Translations under genes and position numbers: made by a program
In this document: positions 18,843 through 28,298 of the stretch, one piece after another
Numbering within the stretch: position 1 is the stretch's first letter
Layout: each line of letters starts with the position of its first letter
The notes under the pieces: generated by a model
Database searches by the model: none
What the model was told of the DNA's origin: nothing
The model's input: only the letters and a program-made list of their open reading frames with translations
Origin: Bacteroidota bacterium
GTDB taxonomy: Bacteria; Bacteroidota; Bacteroidia; AKYH767-A; OLB10
Assembly (NCBI GenBank): GCA_016717725.1
Contig: JADKFA010000008.1
Span: 114,118-178,117, forward strand
Direction: 5' to 3'
Length of the DNA stretch: 64,000 nt

Positions 18843-21088
18843 TTTGTGGTATCAATTCGTGTTACCGCTAAAATTCCAGGAACTTTAGCTAATTTTTTCA
18901 TTAATGTTTTAAGATGTTCCGTATCGTGAACAAAAAGCATGATGATACCTTCAAATAATCCGTCGGTACTTTCAATATTGATAGATCGCATATTGATATT
19001 TAACTCGGAGGAGATAACCTTCGAAATATTGCTCACTACACCTCTATCGTCCATTCCAGTGATTTTAATTCCCACCAAGAAGGCAATTTGTTGCTGACCG
19101 AACCAGCGAGCTTTTACTATGCGATAGGCATAATTCGACATCAGCTGAATGGCGTTTGGACAATTGGTACGATGAATTTTTATTCCTTCATTGATGGTAA
19201 TAAATCCAAACACTTCATCACCCGGAATGGGGTTACAACAGGGAGATAACTTATAATCTATTTTATCGATTCCCTCTCCGATCACAAGCATATCGCTATT
19301 TCCACGAATGCCACGTACTAAATCATCAAACTTTTGTTTGTCTGTTTGCTCGGGTATTTTAGTGGTGGATGGCTCCTTTTTCTCAAAGAAGTCACGAAGG
19401 TTCTTCAAATCGATTGCTCCAAGACCAATGCGGTGATAGAAATCGGTAAGATTGGAAACTTTATAAAAAATCAAAAGCTCATTTACATTATAAGGCTTAC
19501 TGTGCATCTTCAAACTCTTCATCTTTCGCTCGAAAATTTCTTTTCCATCTTCGGCCAATTTTCTTCGCTCTTCCTTTAACGAAGCTTTGATTTTAGACTT
19601 TGCTTTTGCCGTAACTACATTCGCCAACCAATCCTCTTTAGGATGTTGCTTCGACGATGTTAAAATTTCAATTTGATCACCACTGTTTAGTTTGTAACTC
19701 AGTGGAACAAGTCGGTGATTAATTTTTGCACCAATGCATTTTTCACCAATATCGGAATGAATTTCAAATGCAAAATCGAGAGCGGTACTTCCTACTGGCA
19801 ACGTTTTGATTTCACCTTTTGGGGTGAACACAAATATTTCATCAGCAAATAAATTCAATTTAAAATCATCAATGAAATCCAACGCATTCGACTCTGGACT
19901 TTCGAGTAATTCACGTATGCGAGAGATCCATTCATCTAACGCACTCTCCGTTGTTTTCTCTTTATATTTCCAATGCGCTGCATATCCTTTCTCTGCAATT
20001 TCATCCATGCGTCGAGTACGAATTTGTACTTCCACCCATTTTCCTTCCTTGCTCATCACGGTGGTATGCAAACTTTCATAACCATTCGCTTTCGGCGTAC
20101 TAATCCAATCACGAAGACGATCGGGATTAGGTGTATAATGATCGGTAACGATAGAATAAACTTTCCAGCTATCGGCTTTTTCAGTTTCAAGAGGAGAATC
20201 GATGATGATACGAATAGCAAACAAATCATACACTTCTTCAAAGCTCACCTCTTGCTTTTTCATCTTTGTCCAAATTGAATTGATGGACTTAGGTCGACCT
20301 TTAATCTCGTATTTGAATCCTTCTTTATCGAGTTCTGCCTTGATGGGTTTTGTAAAATCAAGAATAAATTTTTCTCTTTCCTTTTTACTCTCCTGCAATT
20401 TGAGGGCAATCGATTTAAAAACTTCCGGCTCCATATATTTAAGAGCGAGATCATCTAATTCTGTTTTGATGGAGTAAAGTCCGAGACGATGCGCCAATGG
20501 TGCGTAAAGATAAGCAGTCTCTGAGGCGATCTTTAACTGTTTATCTTTCGGCATAGAACCCAACGTTCTCATGTTATGCAAACGATCTGCAATCTTAATT
20601 AAGATTACACGCACATCGTCACTCAACGTGAGCAACATTTTTCTAAAATTCTCTGCTTGAAGTGAAGATGTATGATCGAATACCCCTGAAATTTTGGTTA
20701 ATCCATCAACGATACCTGCGACCTTCTTATCAAAAAGTTTTTCAATATCCTCTAAAGAATATTGAGTATCTTCCACAACATCGTGTAGTAACGCACAAAC
20801 AATCGATACACCGCCCAATCCAATTTCCTCAGCAACAATCATGGCAACCGCAATGGGATGAAAAATATACGGCTCTCCGCTTTTTCGGCGCATGTCTTTA
20901 TGCGCTTCGAGTGCTAAATCAAAAGCTTTTCGAATCAACTTCCGATCACCCTTATCCATGTTCGCTTTACAAGCACGTAAAATCGCTCGATAGCGTTTAA
21001 GAATTTCTTTCTTTTCGGCTTCGGGGTCAAGTACTATAGGCTCTTCGCTGGTATCGGCTTTTAGGAGAGGTTGTTTCGGCTCTGACAT
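18839..21088 (-). CDS. Bifunctional (p)ppGpp synthetase/hydrolase RelA/SpoT
   Basis: HD hydrolase domain (HDVVEDT), RelA_SpoT synthetase domain, TGS and C-terminal ACT; 749 aa. Confidence 0.9.
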   Translation of the reverse strand: MSEPKQPLLKADTSEEPIVLDPEAEKKEILKRYRAILRACKANMDKGDRKLIRKAFDLALEAHKDMRRKSGEPYIFHPIAVAMIVAEEIGLGGVSIVCALLHDVVEDTQYSLEDIEKLFDKKVAGIVDGLTKISGVFDHTSSLQAENFRKMLLTLSDDVRVILIKIADRLHNMRTLGSMPKDKQLKIASETAYLYAPLAHRLGLYSIKTELDDLALKYMEPEVFKSIALKLQESKKEREKFILDFTKPIKAELDKEGFKYEIKGRPKSINSIWTKMKKQEVSFEEVYDLFAIRIIIDSPLETEKADSWKVYSIVTDHYTPNPDRLRDWISTPKANGYESLHTTVMSKEGKWVEVQIRTRRMDEIAEKGYAAHWKYKEKTTESALDEWISRIRELLESPESNALDFIDDFKLNLFADEIFVFTPKGEIKTLPVGSTALDFAFEIHSDIGEKCIGAKINHRLVPLSYKLNSGDQIEILTSSKQHPKEDWLANVVTAKAKSKIKASLKEERRKLAEDGKEIFERKMKSLKMHSKPYNVNELLIFYKVSNLTDFYHRIGLGAIDLKNLRDFFEKKEPSTTKIPEQTDKQKFDDLVRGIRGNSDMLVIGEGIDKIDYKLSPCCNPIPGDEVFGFITINEGIKIHRTNCPNAIQLMSNYAYRIVKARWFGQQQIAFLVGIKITGMDDRGVVSNISKVISSELNINMRSINIESTDGLFEGIIMLFVHDTEHLKTLMKKLAKVPGILAVTRIDTTK

Positions 21089-21138
21089 TCATGCGAAGGT
21101 ACGAAAGACTACAATTTATTCCCAACTCTTCGGAAAAA

Positions 21139-21370
21139 TAGATGTTGGTTGTTGGATGTTAGACTTTAGATGTTAGATGTTAGATGGATGCTAGAAGTTG
21201 GATGCTGGTCGCGAGGCTTCGCGATTGGCTGTTAGACTTTAGATGTTAGACATTGGATGTTGGTCGCGAGGCTACGCGACAACAGTTCTGCAGGAGATGT
21301 GTTGGATGTTATTACTAATCAAATCGCGAATCTTCGCAATCTAAATTCTAAAGTCTAAAATCTAACATCT
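21139..21370. repeat. Intergenic repeat array: GTTAGATG-type octamer repeats flanking three palindromic TCGCGA-N4-TCGCGA boxes (21209-21224, 21264-21279, 21324-21339); the third unit is inverted
   Basis: Read directly from the sequence. Lies 50-280 bp upstream of the relA start and downstream of dnaN. Confidence 0.7.
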
Positions 21371-21375
21371 TACCT

Positions 21376-22497
21376 CTAGTTCACCATTACCGGCATCACC
21401 AACATCAGCAAATCCTCATTGGGATCCGACTCTGCTTTTGGAGAAGAAAGTAATCCAGCTCGGTTAGGAAGAGAAAGTTCTAACAACACATTACCAGAAT
21501 CAATATTACTGAGCATATCCTGAATAAAACGAGCGTTGAAAGCGATTTCAATATCTTTTCCTTCGTAGCTGCAACTCAAACGCTCATCGGCATCGTTTCC
21601 ATAATCCACGTCTTCAGCAGAAATTTCCACCTGGCTACCTGCAATGCGGAACTTTACTTGATGCGTTGTTTTGTTTGAGAAGATACTCACACGACGAATC
21701 GCATTTAAAAAACTCAAGCGATCTACTTCCATTTTATTTGGATTATCCAATGGAATTACGGCTTCATAATTTGGATAACGACCATCAATCAATCGACAAA
21801 TCAAACTTACATTATCGAAAGTGAAAAATGCATTGGCTTCATTATAATCAATTTTTACTTGAGTAGTTGTACCAACCAAAGAAGCTTTTAAAAGTGCTAA
21901 AGGTTTCTTAGGCATAATAAACGAACTCTCCTTTGCAGAACGAATATCATTACGACGATAACGCACTAAACGATGAGCATCCGTTGCAACAAAGATAGAT
22001 CCGTCTTTACTAAACTGGCAAAATACGCCTGTCATCACTGGACGCAACTCATCGTTACCCGTAGCAAATAAAGTATGATTGATTGCTGCTAACAAAACAT
22101 CAGAAGGCATTTCAATTGTATTTGGCTTATCGATGACGGGCAACTTTGGAAAATCATCCCCATTCAATCCACTTAACTTATACTTTCCTTTATCGGAACT
22201 AATTTCAATATGAAACGAGTCTTTTTGAATTTTGAAATTCAAGGGTTCTGCACCGAATGTTTTCAATGTATCCAATAAAATTTTAGCAGGTATCGCTACT
22301 TTACCACTTTCCTTACTTTGCACGGAGATGATGGTAGTCATGGTAGTTTCCAAATCAGAAGCTGAAGCTTTCAGGCTATCTGGGCTTAATTCGAAAAGAA
22401 AATTTTCAAGGATAGGTAATGGAGTGCTGTTTTGAAGAGCTCCACTGATGAGCTGCAATTGCTTCAATAAGGTATCAGCGTTTACAATAAATTTCAT
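21376..22497 (-). CDS. dnaN: DNA polymerase III beta subunit (sliding clamp)
   Basis: MKFIVNADTLLKQLQLISGAL... plus a three-domain clamp of the right length. A TATATTTG -7-like box lies at 22542-22549 upstream. Confidence 0.9.
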   Translation of the reverse strand: MKFIVNADTLLKQLQLISGALQNSTPLPILENFLFELSPDSLKASASDLETTMTTIISVQSKESGKVAIPAKILLDTLKTFGAEPLNFKIQKDSFHIEISSDKGKYKLSGLNGDDFPKLPVIDKPNTIEMPSDVLLAAINHTLFATGNDELRPVMTGVFCQFSKDGSIFVATDAHRLVRYRRNDIRSAKESSFIMPKKPLALLKASLVGTTTQVKIDYNEANAFFTFDNVSLICRLIDGRYPNYEAVIPLDNPNKMEVDRLSFLNAIRRVSIFSNKTTHQVKFRIAGSQVEISAEDVDYGNDADERLSCSYEGKDIEIAFNARFIQDMLSNIDSGNVLLELSLPNRAGLLSSPKAESDPNEDLLMLVMPVMVN

Positions 22498-22614
22498 AGG
22501 TAATATTCTATCTTAAACTCCTTTAACGCAAAGGAATGAGCAAATATAGTTCATGCATGGGTTCTACATGGGTACTACACGTCGCACTTTATTAACAAAA
22601 AGTAAAAAAAATTG

Positions 22615-23664
22615 CTATTCAAAACGTTGCTGTTCTGGAACTACATCTTTTCCAGGCAAAAAATTGCGTGGATCTTTAAGTATTCTGTCAAAATGGAAAT
22701 ATTGACAAACAAGTAGCGAAGTATCGTCCGACATGATTGCATAAAACTTATCCAAATCAAAGGGCAAATCTTCGCCTTCATGATCAATTTGTAATCGAGA
22801 ACCGGGAGTAACTGGTTTTCGGAAACAAGCTAAACTTTTCTCTCCTCCATTATCCATTTTCACCTTAACAATGCCAAATGGTCCAACTTTAAAAATGGAA
22901 TCTTTCGCCGCTTTTTTGATATCGTTATCAATTCTTTCAAAATATGTTTCTGAAAAAGCATTTAAAAACTTTCTTACCTTATTCATATCCAAAGGATTGA
23001 TACTTTGACCATCAATTAACTTCTTAACGGAATAAGTTGTATCCGCTAACCGTGTTAAACTAAAAGCGCGAATGGGTCGAGCCCTATCGTTAACCTCCAC
23101 TTCAACAATGCGTCGGGGATCAAAGCGAAAAATTGACTTATCTCTCCACTCAGGTTCAGAAGCAAAATAACGAGTAGAAAGAAATCCATTAAATCCAGGA
23201 ATAAACGTAATAAACGGAACGGAGCTACCTTCAAGATACATAAAGGTTCCTAAATTATCCATGGTTGGATGGCCTACATAATAAGTTTTAATAATTTCAT
23301 CTTGGGAATAGATTTCAATCTTCACTGATTTTGAAGCCATCAACTTCATGGTATTATTATAAAGATTTTTCCCAACTGGACTACGTACTTCCACATTCTT
23401 AATAGTGGCTAAAAGATTCTGAATCGCGTCTTCTCGTGCTAAAAATTTACCATTTACCTTCCAACGATTAGACGCTTCACGAACTAGAGTAACCGTTCGT
23501 CCTTCTTTATCCGCTAAAAAAATCTTATCGATACTACTCGTATCTGCTACAGCAAAATCTTTTAATTCTCCTTTGATGGACTTATTGGATTCAAAATACC
23601 ATAGTCCACAAGCAACGGCAGCCAACAACACAAACACAATCCATACATTCTTATTTTTTCTCAT
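22615..23664 (-). CDS. DUF4340 domain protein (GldG-associated)
   Basis: Signal/TM N-terminus; sits at the conserved position downstream of gldG. Confidence 0.5.
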   Translation of the reverse strand: MRKNKNVWIVFVLLAAVACGLWYFESNKSIKGELKDFAVADTSSIDKIFLADKEGRTVTLVREASNRWKVNGKFLAREDAIQNLLATIKNVEVRSPVGKNLYNNTMKLMASKSVKIEIYSQDEIIKTYYVGHPTMDNLGTFMYLEGSSVPFITFIPGFNGFLSTRYFASEPEWRDKSIFRFDPRRIVEVEVNDRARPIRAFSLTRLADTTYSVKKLIDGQSINPLDMNKVRKFLNAFSETYFERIDNDIKKAAKDSIFKVGPFGIVKVKMDNGGEKSLACFRKPVTPGSRLQIDHEGEDLPFDLDKFYAIMSDDTSLLVCQYFHFDRILKDPRNFLPGKDVVPEQQRFE

Positions 23665-23668
23665 AGAA

Positions 23669-25381
23669 CTAAGTATAACGACGTAAACGCAAATAAAATT
23701 TTATTAATCCGAAAACTATTAAAAGGACAAGAGGTAAAGTTACATTTAACCATTTTAGCACAGTAGTATCTGCTTCTATAACTGCGGGATCAATCATTCT
23801 TAAACGAAATTCCTTACTTCTCACAGACATCAACCCAGAATCGTCGCAGAAATAATCCATGATATTTAAAAAGAATGATTTATTTCCATAGGTAGTATTT
23901 GTATAGCGATCGAATCCTAGAGGAACTGGAGATCCCTTCACAATATCATTTCGAATGATATCACCATCTGAAATAACGATCACCTTTGTTTGAGCACTAG
24001 AATCCTTGAAGTCTATTTCTTTACTTTCAGCAATCGCAGGTGGAATTCTATTTTTATACAAGGAGGTAAAACTTCCTTCCATCAGCAAAGCAACAGGCAC
24101 ATCCTTTTGAGGAAACATTTTTGGATCAGGTTTATATTGCATAATACCCAGACTCACTCGCACTGGCGCAGGCAAAATACGACTATACTGAGACGTAGTT
24201 AACAACACAGTATGATTTATTCCAATAGCTTCAATGGGATCAATACTTGATACGAACTGACCTTTTATTGAATTCAAATTATTGACAATGGGATGCTTTG
24301 AAGTAGGATTCATCAGCGGAAAAAAGTACCATGGTAACAATTGTTGTTTAGGCTGATTACCCACCATGCCCGTGACAACAGGTATTAATGAAGAAAGTAA
24401 ATCCTGTACCAGATCATAATTCACACGAACTCCATAGCGAAACAACATATCATCTAATTTTAAGTCGCGAGCAGGTGCTAAAATCTCTCCACGTCTTTCT
24501 AAACTATCCATAGATGCTTGAATGGGATCCAGTAAAAAAATCAACTTTCCACCATGCATTACATATTGGTCAATCACAAATTTATCCTTCTCATCAAATG
24601 CGCTATCAGGTTTCGCTATCACCACAGCTTGATAATCCTTCAAAGCATTTAACTTTCCATCTATACGAACTCTTTTCAATTCATAAGAAGCTTTTAATGC
24701 ATTAGCAATATCATACACATTTGTGGTATCTAATTCGCCATGCCCTTCTAAAAAAGCAATGGTAGGACGCATGGGATCCGTTACTTTACGAATCACATTA
24801 CAAATTTCGTACTCTAAATTTTGTATTGAGTTATTTAATACGAGTTCAGGGGGAAAACCATTTTGATTCTTCAACAAAGTTATACTCATCTCTACATTTG
24901 CATAACTCACCAATGCACCTGGGAAAATATAAGTTCGCTTCGTGCCTTCGTTCGTTCTTTCCTCTACTGTAGTCGGTTGAATTCCTTTTTGATAAAGCTG
25001 AGCATAAAATTTATTCCTTTCCTTTTCATCTGGATTGGCAGAAGGATCTATAAATTCAAACTGAAGATTTCCATTCGAATAAATACTTAGTTCATCTAAA
25101 ATTTCACGTGTACTTCGCTGCAAACGAGAAAATCCAGGAGAGAAATCTCCTTCCAAATAAACACGTATATAAACAACGTCCTTCAGTTGAGCCACTAGCT
25201 TCTTGCTATTATCCGACAACGTGAATCGATTATCGTCGGTTAAATCGATCCGAGTAAAAACAAAAGAAGAAACGATATTCGTCAACACTAAAATCCCCAA
25301 CAGCAAGATCAATTGCATGATCGCTTGACCTTTTGGACTTTTTCTTTTATTAGTCTTGTTTTCCGTCTCGCTCATCACCAT
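23669..25381 (-). CDS. gldG: Gliding-motility-associated ABC transporter accessory protein GldG-like
   Basis: ~570 aa with N- and C-terminal TM segments; follows an ABC-2 permease. Confidence 0.55.
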   Translation of the reverse strand: MVMSETENKTNKRKSPKGQAIMQLILLLGILVLTNIVSSFVFTRIDLTDDNRFTLSDNSKKLVAQLKDVVYIRVYLEGDFSPGFSRLQRSTREILDELSIYSNGNLQFEFIDPSANPDEKERNKFYAQLYQKGIQPTTVEERTNEGTKRTYIFPGALVSYANVEMSITLLKNQNGFPPELVLNNSIQNLEYEICNVIRKVTDPMRPTIAFLEGHGELDTTNVYDIANALKASYELKRVRIDGKLNALKDYQAVVIAKPDSAFDEKDKFVIDQYVMHGGKLIFLLDPIQASMDSLERRGEILAPARDLKLDDMLFRYGVRVNYDLVQDLLSSLIPVVTGMVGNQPKQQLLPWYFFPLMNPTSKHPIVNNLNSIKGQFVSSIDPIEAIGINHTVLLTTSQYSRILPAPVRVSLGIMQYKPDPKMFPQKDVPVALLMEGSFTSLYKNRIPPAIAESKEIDFKDSSAQTKVIVISDGDIIRNDIVKGSPVPLGFDRYTNTTYGNKSFFLNIMDYFCDDSGLMSVRSKEFRLRMIDPAVIEADTTVLKWLNVTLPLVLLIVFGLIKFYLRLRRYT

Positions 25382-26118
25382 TTTCTACTTTCAATTACCA
25401 TTCTTGTCAAGAAAAGAAAACATAAAATTGCCGATAAAAAGAAAACTAAATCTCTGGTATCAATTACTCCTCTACTCAAACTCAAATAATGCGCATTAAA
25501 GCTTAAACCGAAAACGATAGTTGATGCTTTTCCAATGCCAAAAATGGCGGCTATCGATTCAAAACCTTTTAGACAAATCAAACAGAGAAAAAATCCGATA
25601 ATAAAGGCGACCACCTGATTATCGGCCAGCGAAGATGAAAAAATTCCAATAGCAACGAAACTTGCACCCAATAACAATAATCCAATATAAGAGCCTAAGA
25701 TTGCTCCAGAATCTACATTACCAACAGGCAAACTAATCTTATAAATAGTAAAATAATAAACAATGGTAGGAAGCAAAGAAAACAAAACGAGAATCACCCC
25801 AGCAATAAATTTTGCACTTACCAACTGCATTTCCGTTAATGGACGAGTAAGTAAAAGCTCAATCGTTCCCGACTTTTTCTCTTCAGAAAAAAGTCGCATC
25901 GTGATCGCTGGTATCAATAATAAATACATCCACGGTGTAATTACAAATAGCGAATCCAAATTCGCATAACCCGCACTTAAAATATTAAAGGATGAATCTG
26001 GGAATATCCACAGAAACAATCCCATCGTTAAGAGGAAGACAACGAGAACAATATACCCTATTAGGGAGTTCAAGAAGCTGTTAATTTCCTTGAGGATCAG
26101 GGAAAACATAGGTGGCAA
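25375..26118 (-). CDS. gldF: ABC-2 type transporter permease GldF-like
   Basis: 247 aa with six predicted TM helices, upstream of the gldG-like gene. Confidence 0.55.
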   Translation of the reverse strand: MPPMFSLILKEINSFLNSLIGYIVLVVFLLTMGLFLWIFPDSSFNILSAGYANLDSLFVITPWMYLLLIPAITMRLFSEEKKSGTIELLLTRPLTEMQLVSAKFIAGVILVLFSLLPTIVYYFTIYKISLPVGNVDSGAILGSYIGLLLLGASFVAIGIFSSSLADNQVVAFIIGFFLCLICLKGFESIAAIFGIGKASTIVFGLSFNAHYLSLSRGVIDTRDLVFFLSAILCFLFLTRMVIESRKW

Positions 26119-26251
26119 AAGTAAACGATTTCATTTAAGAACAAGAGATTCATTTTTCCAATTCAAGAAAAATCAATTCAAATTCATCATTTAGCAAAAG
26201 GATATTTCAGGAATATTTTATTTACCAGTAGCTAAGACTTACTTTTGAAGG

Positions 26252-27439
26252 GTGACCAAGGTACTACAAATCGTTAACAGACTGAATTTAGGAGGAATAA
26301 CCTATAATGCAGCCACTATAACAGCACATTTACGACCTGAACATGAAACCATGATTGTAGCTGGAATGAAAGAAGATAGCGAAGAAAGTTCTGAATTCAT
26401 GGTTCATAAATTAGGTCTTGTACCCATTTATCTACCTGATATGCATCGAGAGATAAATTTACGATCTGATTACAAAGCTTATAAGCATTTGCTTAAAATT
26501 ATTCGAGAATTCAAACCCGATGTTGTTCATACCCATGCTGCCAAGGCTGGACTTATTGGCCGTCTTGCAGCAAAGAGAGCAGGGGTAAAAGTTATTGTTC
26601 ATACATTTCATGGACATGTATTTCACAGTTATTTTGGAAAATTAAAAACAGCATTCTTCATCAACCTTGAACGGTATTTAGCTTGGATCAGCAGTGCGAT
26701 TATTGCAATAAGTGAAAATCAAAAGAGGGAGCTTTGCGAAAAATATAAAATCAGTTCCTGCAAAAAGATTCATTTGGTTGAATTAGGATATGACTTGGCA
26801 CCTTTTCAAGAAAATCAAGAAATAAAAAGAGCGCAGTTTAGGGATCAATATTCTATTCAAAACCATCAAGTTGCAATAGGAATAATTGGACGACTAGTAC
26901 CCATCAAAAACTTAAAATTATTTATTGAAGCATTTTCACTAACGCATCAAAAAATTGGAGATAAAACCAAGGCATTTATCATTGGAGATGGCGAGCAAAT
27001 GGCTGAATTACAAGAATTTTGCAAAACGGTAGGTTTGCCAATTTCTACTCCAGACAAAAATAATTCAGAAGCACCTCTCGTATTCACATCATGGATTCAT
27101 GAAATAGATATTGCCATGAATGGCATTGACATATTGGCAATCAGCTCATTAAACGAAGGCACTCCAGCCAGCTTAATCGAAGCTCAAGCAGCTGGGAAAC
27201 CTATTGTTGCCACAAATGTGGGTGGAATATCTAATATTGTAATAGAAGGAGAAACCGCCCTTTTAGTAGAAAGTGGAGACATAACAGGATTTTCCAATGC
27301 ATTAAACAGAACTATTTCTGATGAATCATTAAGAAGTAATATGAGTAATAAAGGTCCATCCTATGTACTTTCCCGTTTTCATGAAAAGCGACTATGCAAA
27401 GATATTTCTGATTTATATGCTAAGCTTTTGAAGAATTAG
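26252..27439 (+). CDS. Glycosyltransferase family 4
   Basis: GT-B fold with the GT4 C-terminal EX7E-like region (LIEAQAAGKPIVATNVGG). Confidence 0.7.
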   Translation: MTKVLQIVNRLNLGGITYNAATITAHLRPEHETMIVAGMKEDSEESSEFMVHKLGLVPIYLPDMHREINLRSDYKAYKHLLKIIREFKPDVVHTHAAKAGLIGRLAAKRAGVKVIVHTFHGHVFHSYFGKLKTAFFINLERYLAWISSAIIAISENQKRELCEKYKISSCKKIHLVELGYDLAPFQENQEIKRAQFRDQYSIQNHQVAIGIIGRLVPIKNLKLFIEAFSLTHQKIGDKTKAFIIGDGEQMAELQEFCKTVGLPISTPDKNNSEAPLVFTSWIHEIDIAMNGIDILAISSLNEGTPASLIEAQAAGKPIVATNVGGISNIVIEGETALLVESGDITGFSNALNRTISDESLRSNMSNKGPSYVLSRFHEKRLCKDISDLYAKLLKN

Positions 27440-27503
27440 TACTTCCCTCAAATAGCGATAAAAAATACTTACTTTTGCAATCAATCAAACCATTCTTGAT
27501 TTT

Positions 27504-28283
27504 ATGAAAAAGCTTATACCTGCACTATCTCTTCTATTTATTATTAGTTCTTGCCAAATTAATCCGAGTGTCATGTTCAAAGTGCCCAAGAACTATGAAT
27601 ATTCAAATGAGCAAACAATTGGAAATGTAGAATATAGAATATCTCCAAATGACATTTTAGGTTTTAGTGTTTACACAAATGACGGATTTAAGCTGATTGA
27701 TTTAACTACCTCAGCAGCTTCCATTTCAACTGGGTTACAAAGTTCGAATCAAGGAAATTCACAAACTCAATTTTTAGTAGAGCCTGACGGACAAGTAAAA
27801 CTTCCCATTATTGGAAAAATTAAGATTGCGGGATTTACGGTTAGAGAAGCAGAGAAATCTTTAGAACAAGAATACTCAACATTTTATAACAAGCCTTTTG
27901 TAATGGTAAAGGTATTAAACAGAAGAGTGATGGTATTTCCAGGAACAGGCGGAATGGGAAGAACAGTAAGTCTTGACAATGAAAACATGAATTTGATTGA
28001 GGCTTTAGCATTAGCAGGCGGATTGACCAATACTGGAAAAGCATATAAGATAAAATTAATCAGGGGTGATTTAAGAAACCCGAAAGTGATGTTAATTAAC
28101 TTATCCACCGTTGAAGGTATGCAACAAAGCAATTTACTGCTTCAAGCGAATGACATTATTTACGTAGAACCAGTACCCAGAATTTCACAAGAGATTCTTT
28201 CACAATTGGCTCCTATTATTGGAATTATTACAAGTTTAGCATTGGTTTATCAAATTGCAGATGGATTAACGAATAAGCAATAA
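27504..28283 (+). CDS. wza: Polysaccharide export outer-membrane lipoprotein Wza (PES + SLBB domains)
   Basis: Lipobox SSCQ; Poly_export/SLBB pattern VEPDGQVKLPIIGKIKIAGFTVREAEKSLEQEY. Confidence 0.8.
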   Translation: MKKLIPALSLLFIISSCQINPSVMFKVPKNYEYSNEQTIGNVEYRISPNDILGFSVYTNDGFKLIDLTTSAASISTGLQSSNQGNSQTQFLVEPDGQVKLPIIGKIKIAGFTVREAEKSLEQEYSTFYNKPFVMVKVLNRRVMVFPGTGGMGRTVSLDNENMNLIEALALAGGLTNTGKAYKIKLIRGDLRNPKVMLINLSTVEGMQQSNLLLQANDIIYVEPVPRISQEILSQLAPIIGIITSLALVYQIADGLTNKQ

Positions 28284-28298
28284 GGAGTCAAACAACGA

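Noticed and set aside
21139-21370. Possible oriC / DnaA-box cluster next to dnaN
   Set aside because: No TTATCCACA-like DnaA boxes are present, no dnaA gene is adjacent, and the repeats are GTTAGATG/TCGCGA-type. The region is interpreted as a regulatory or repeat array instead.
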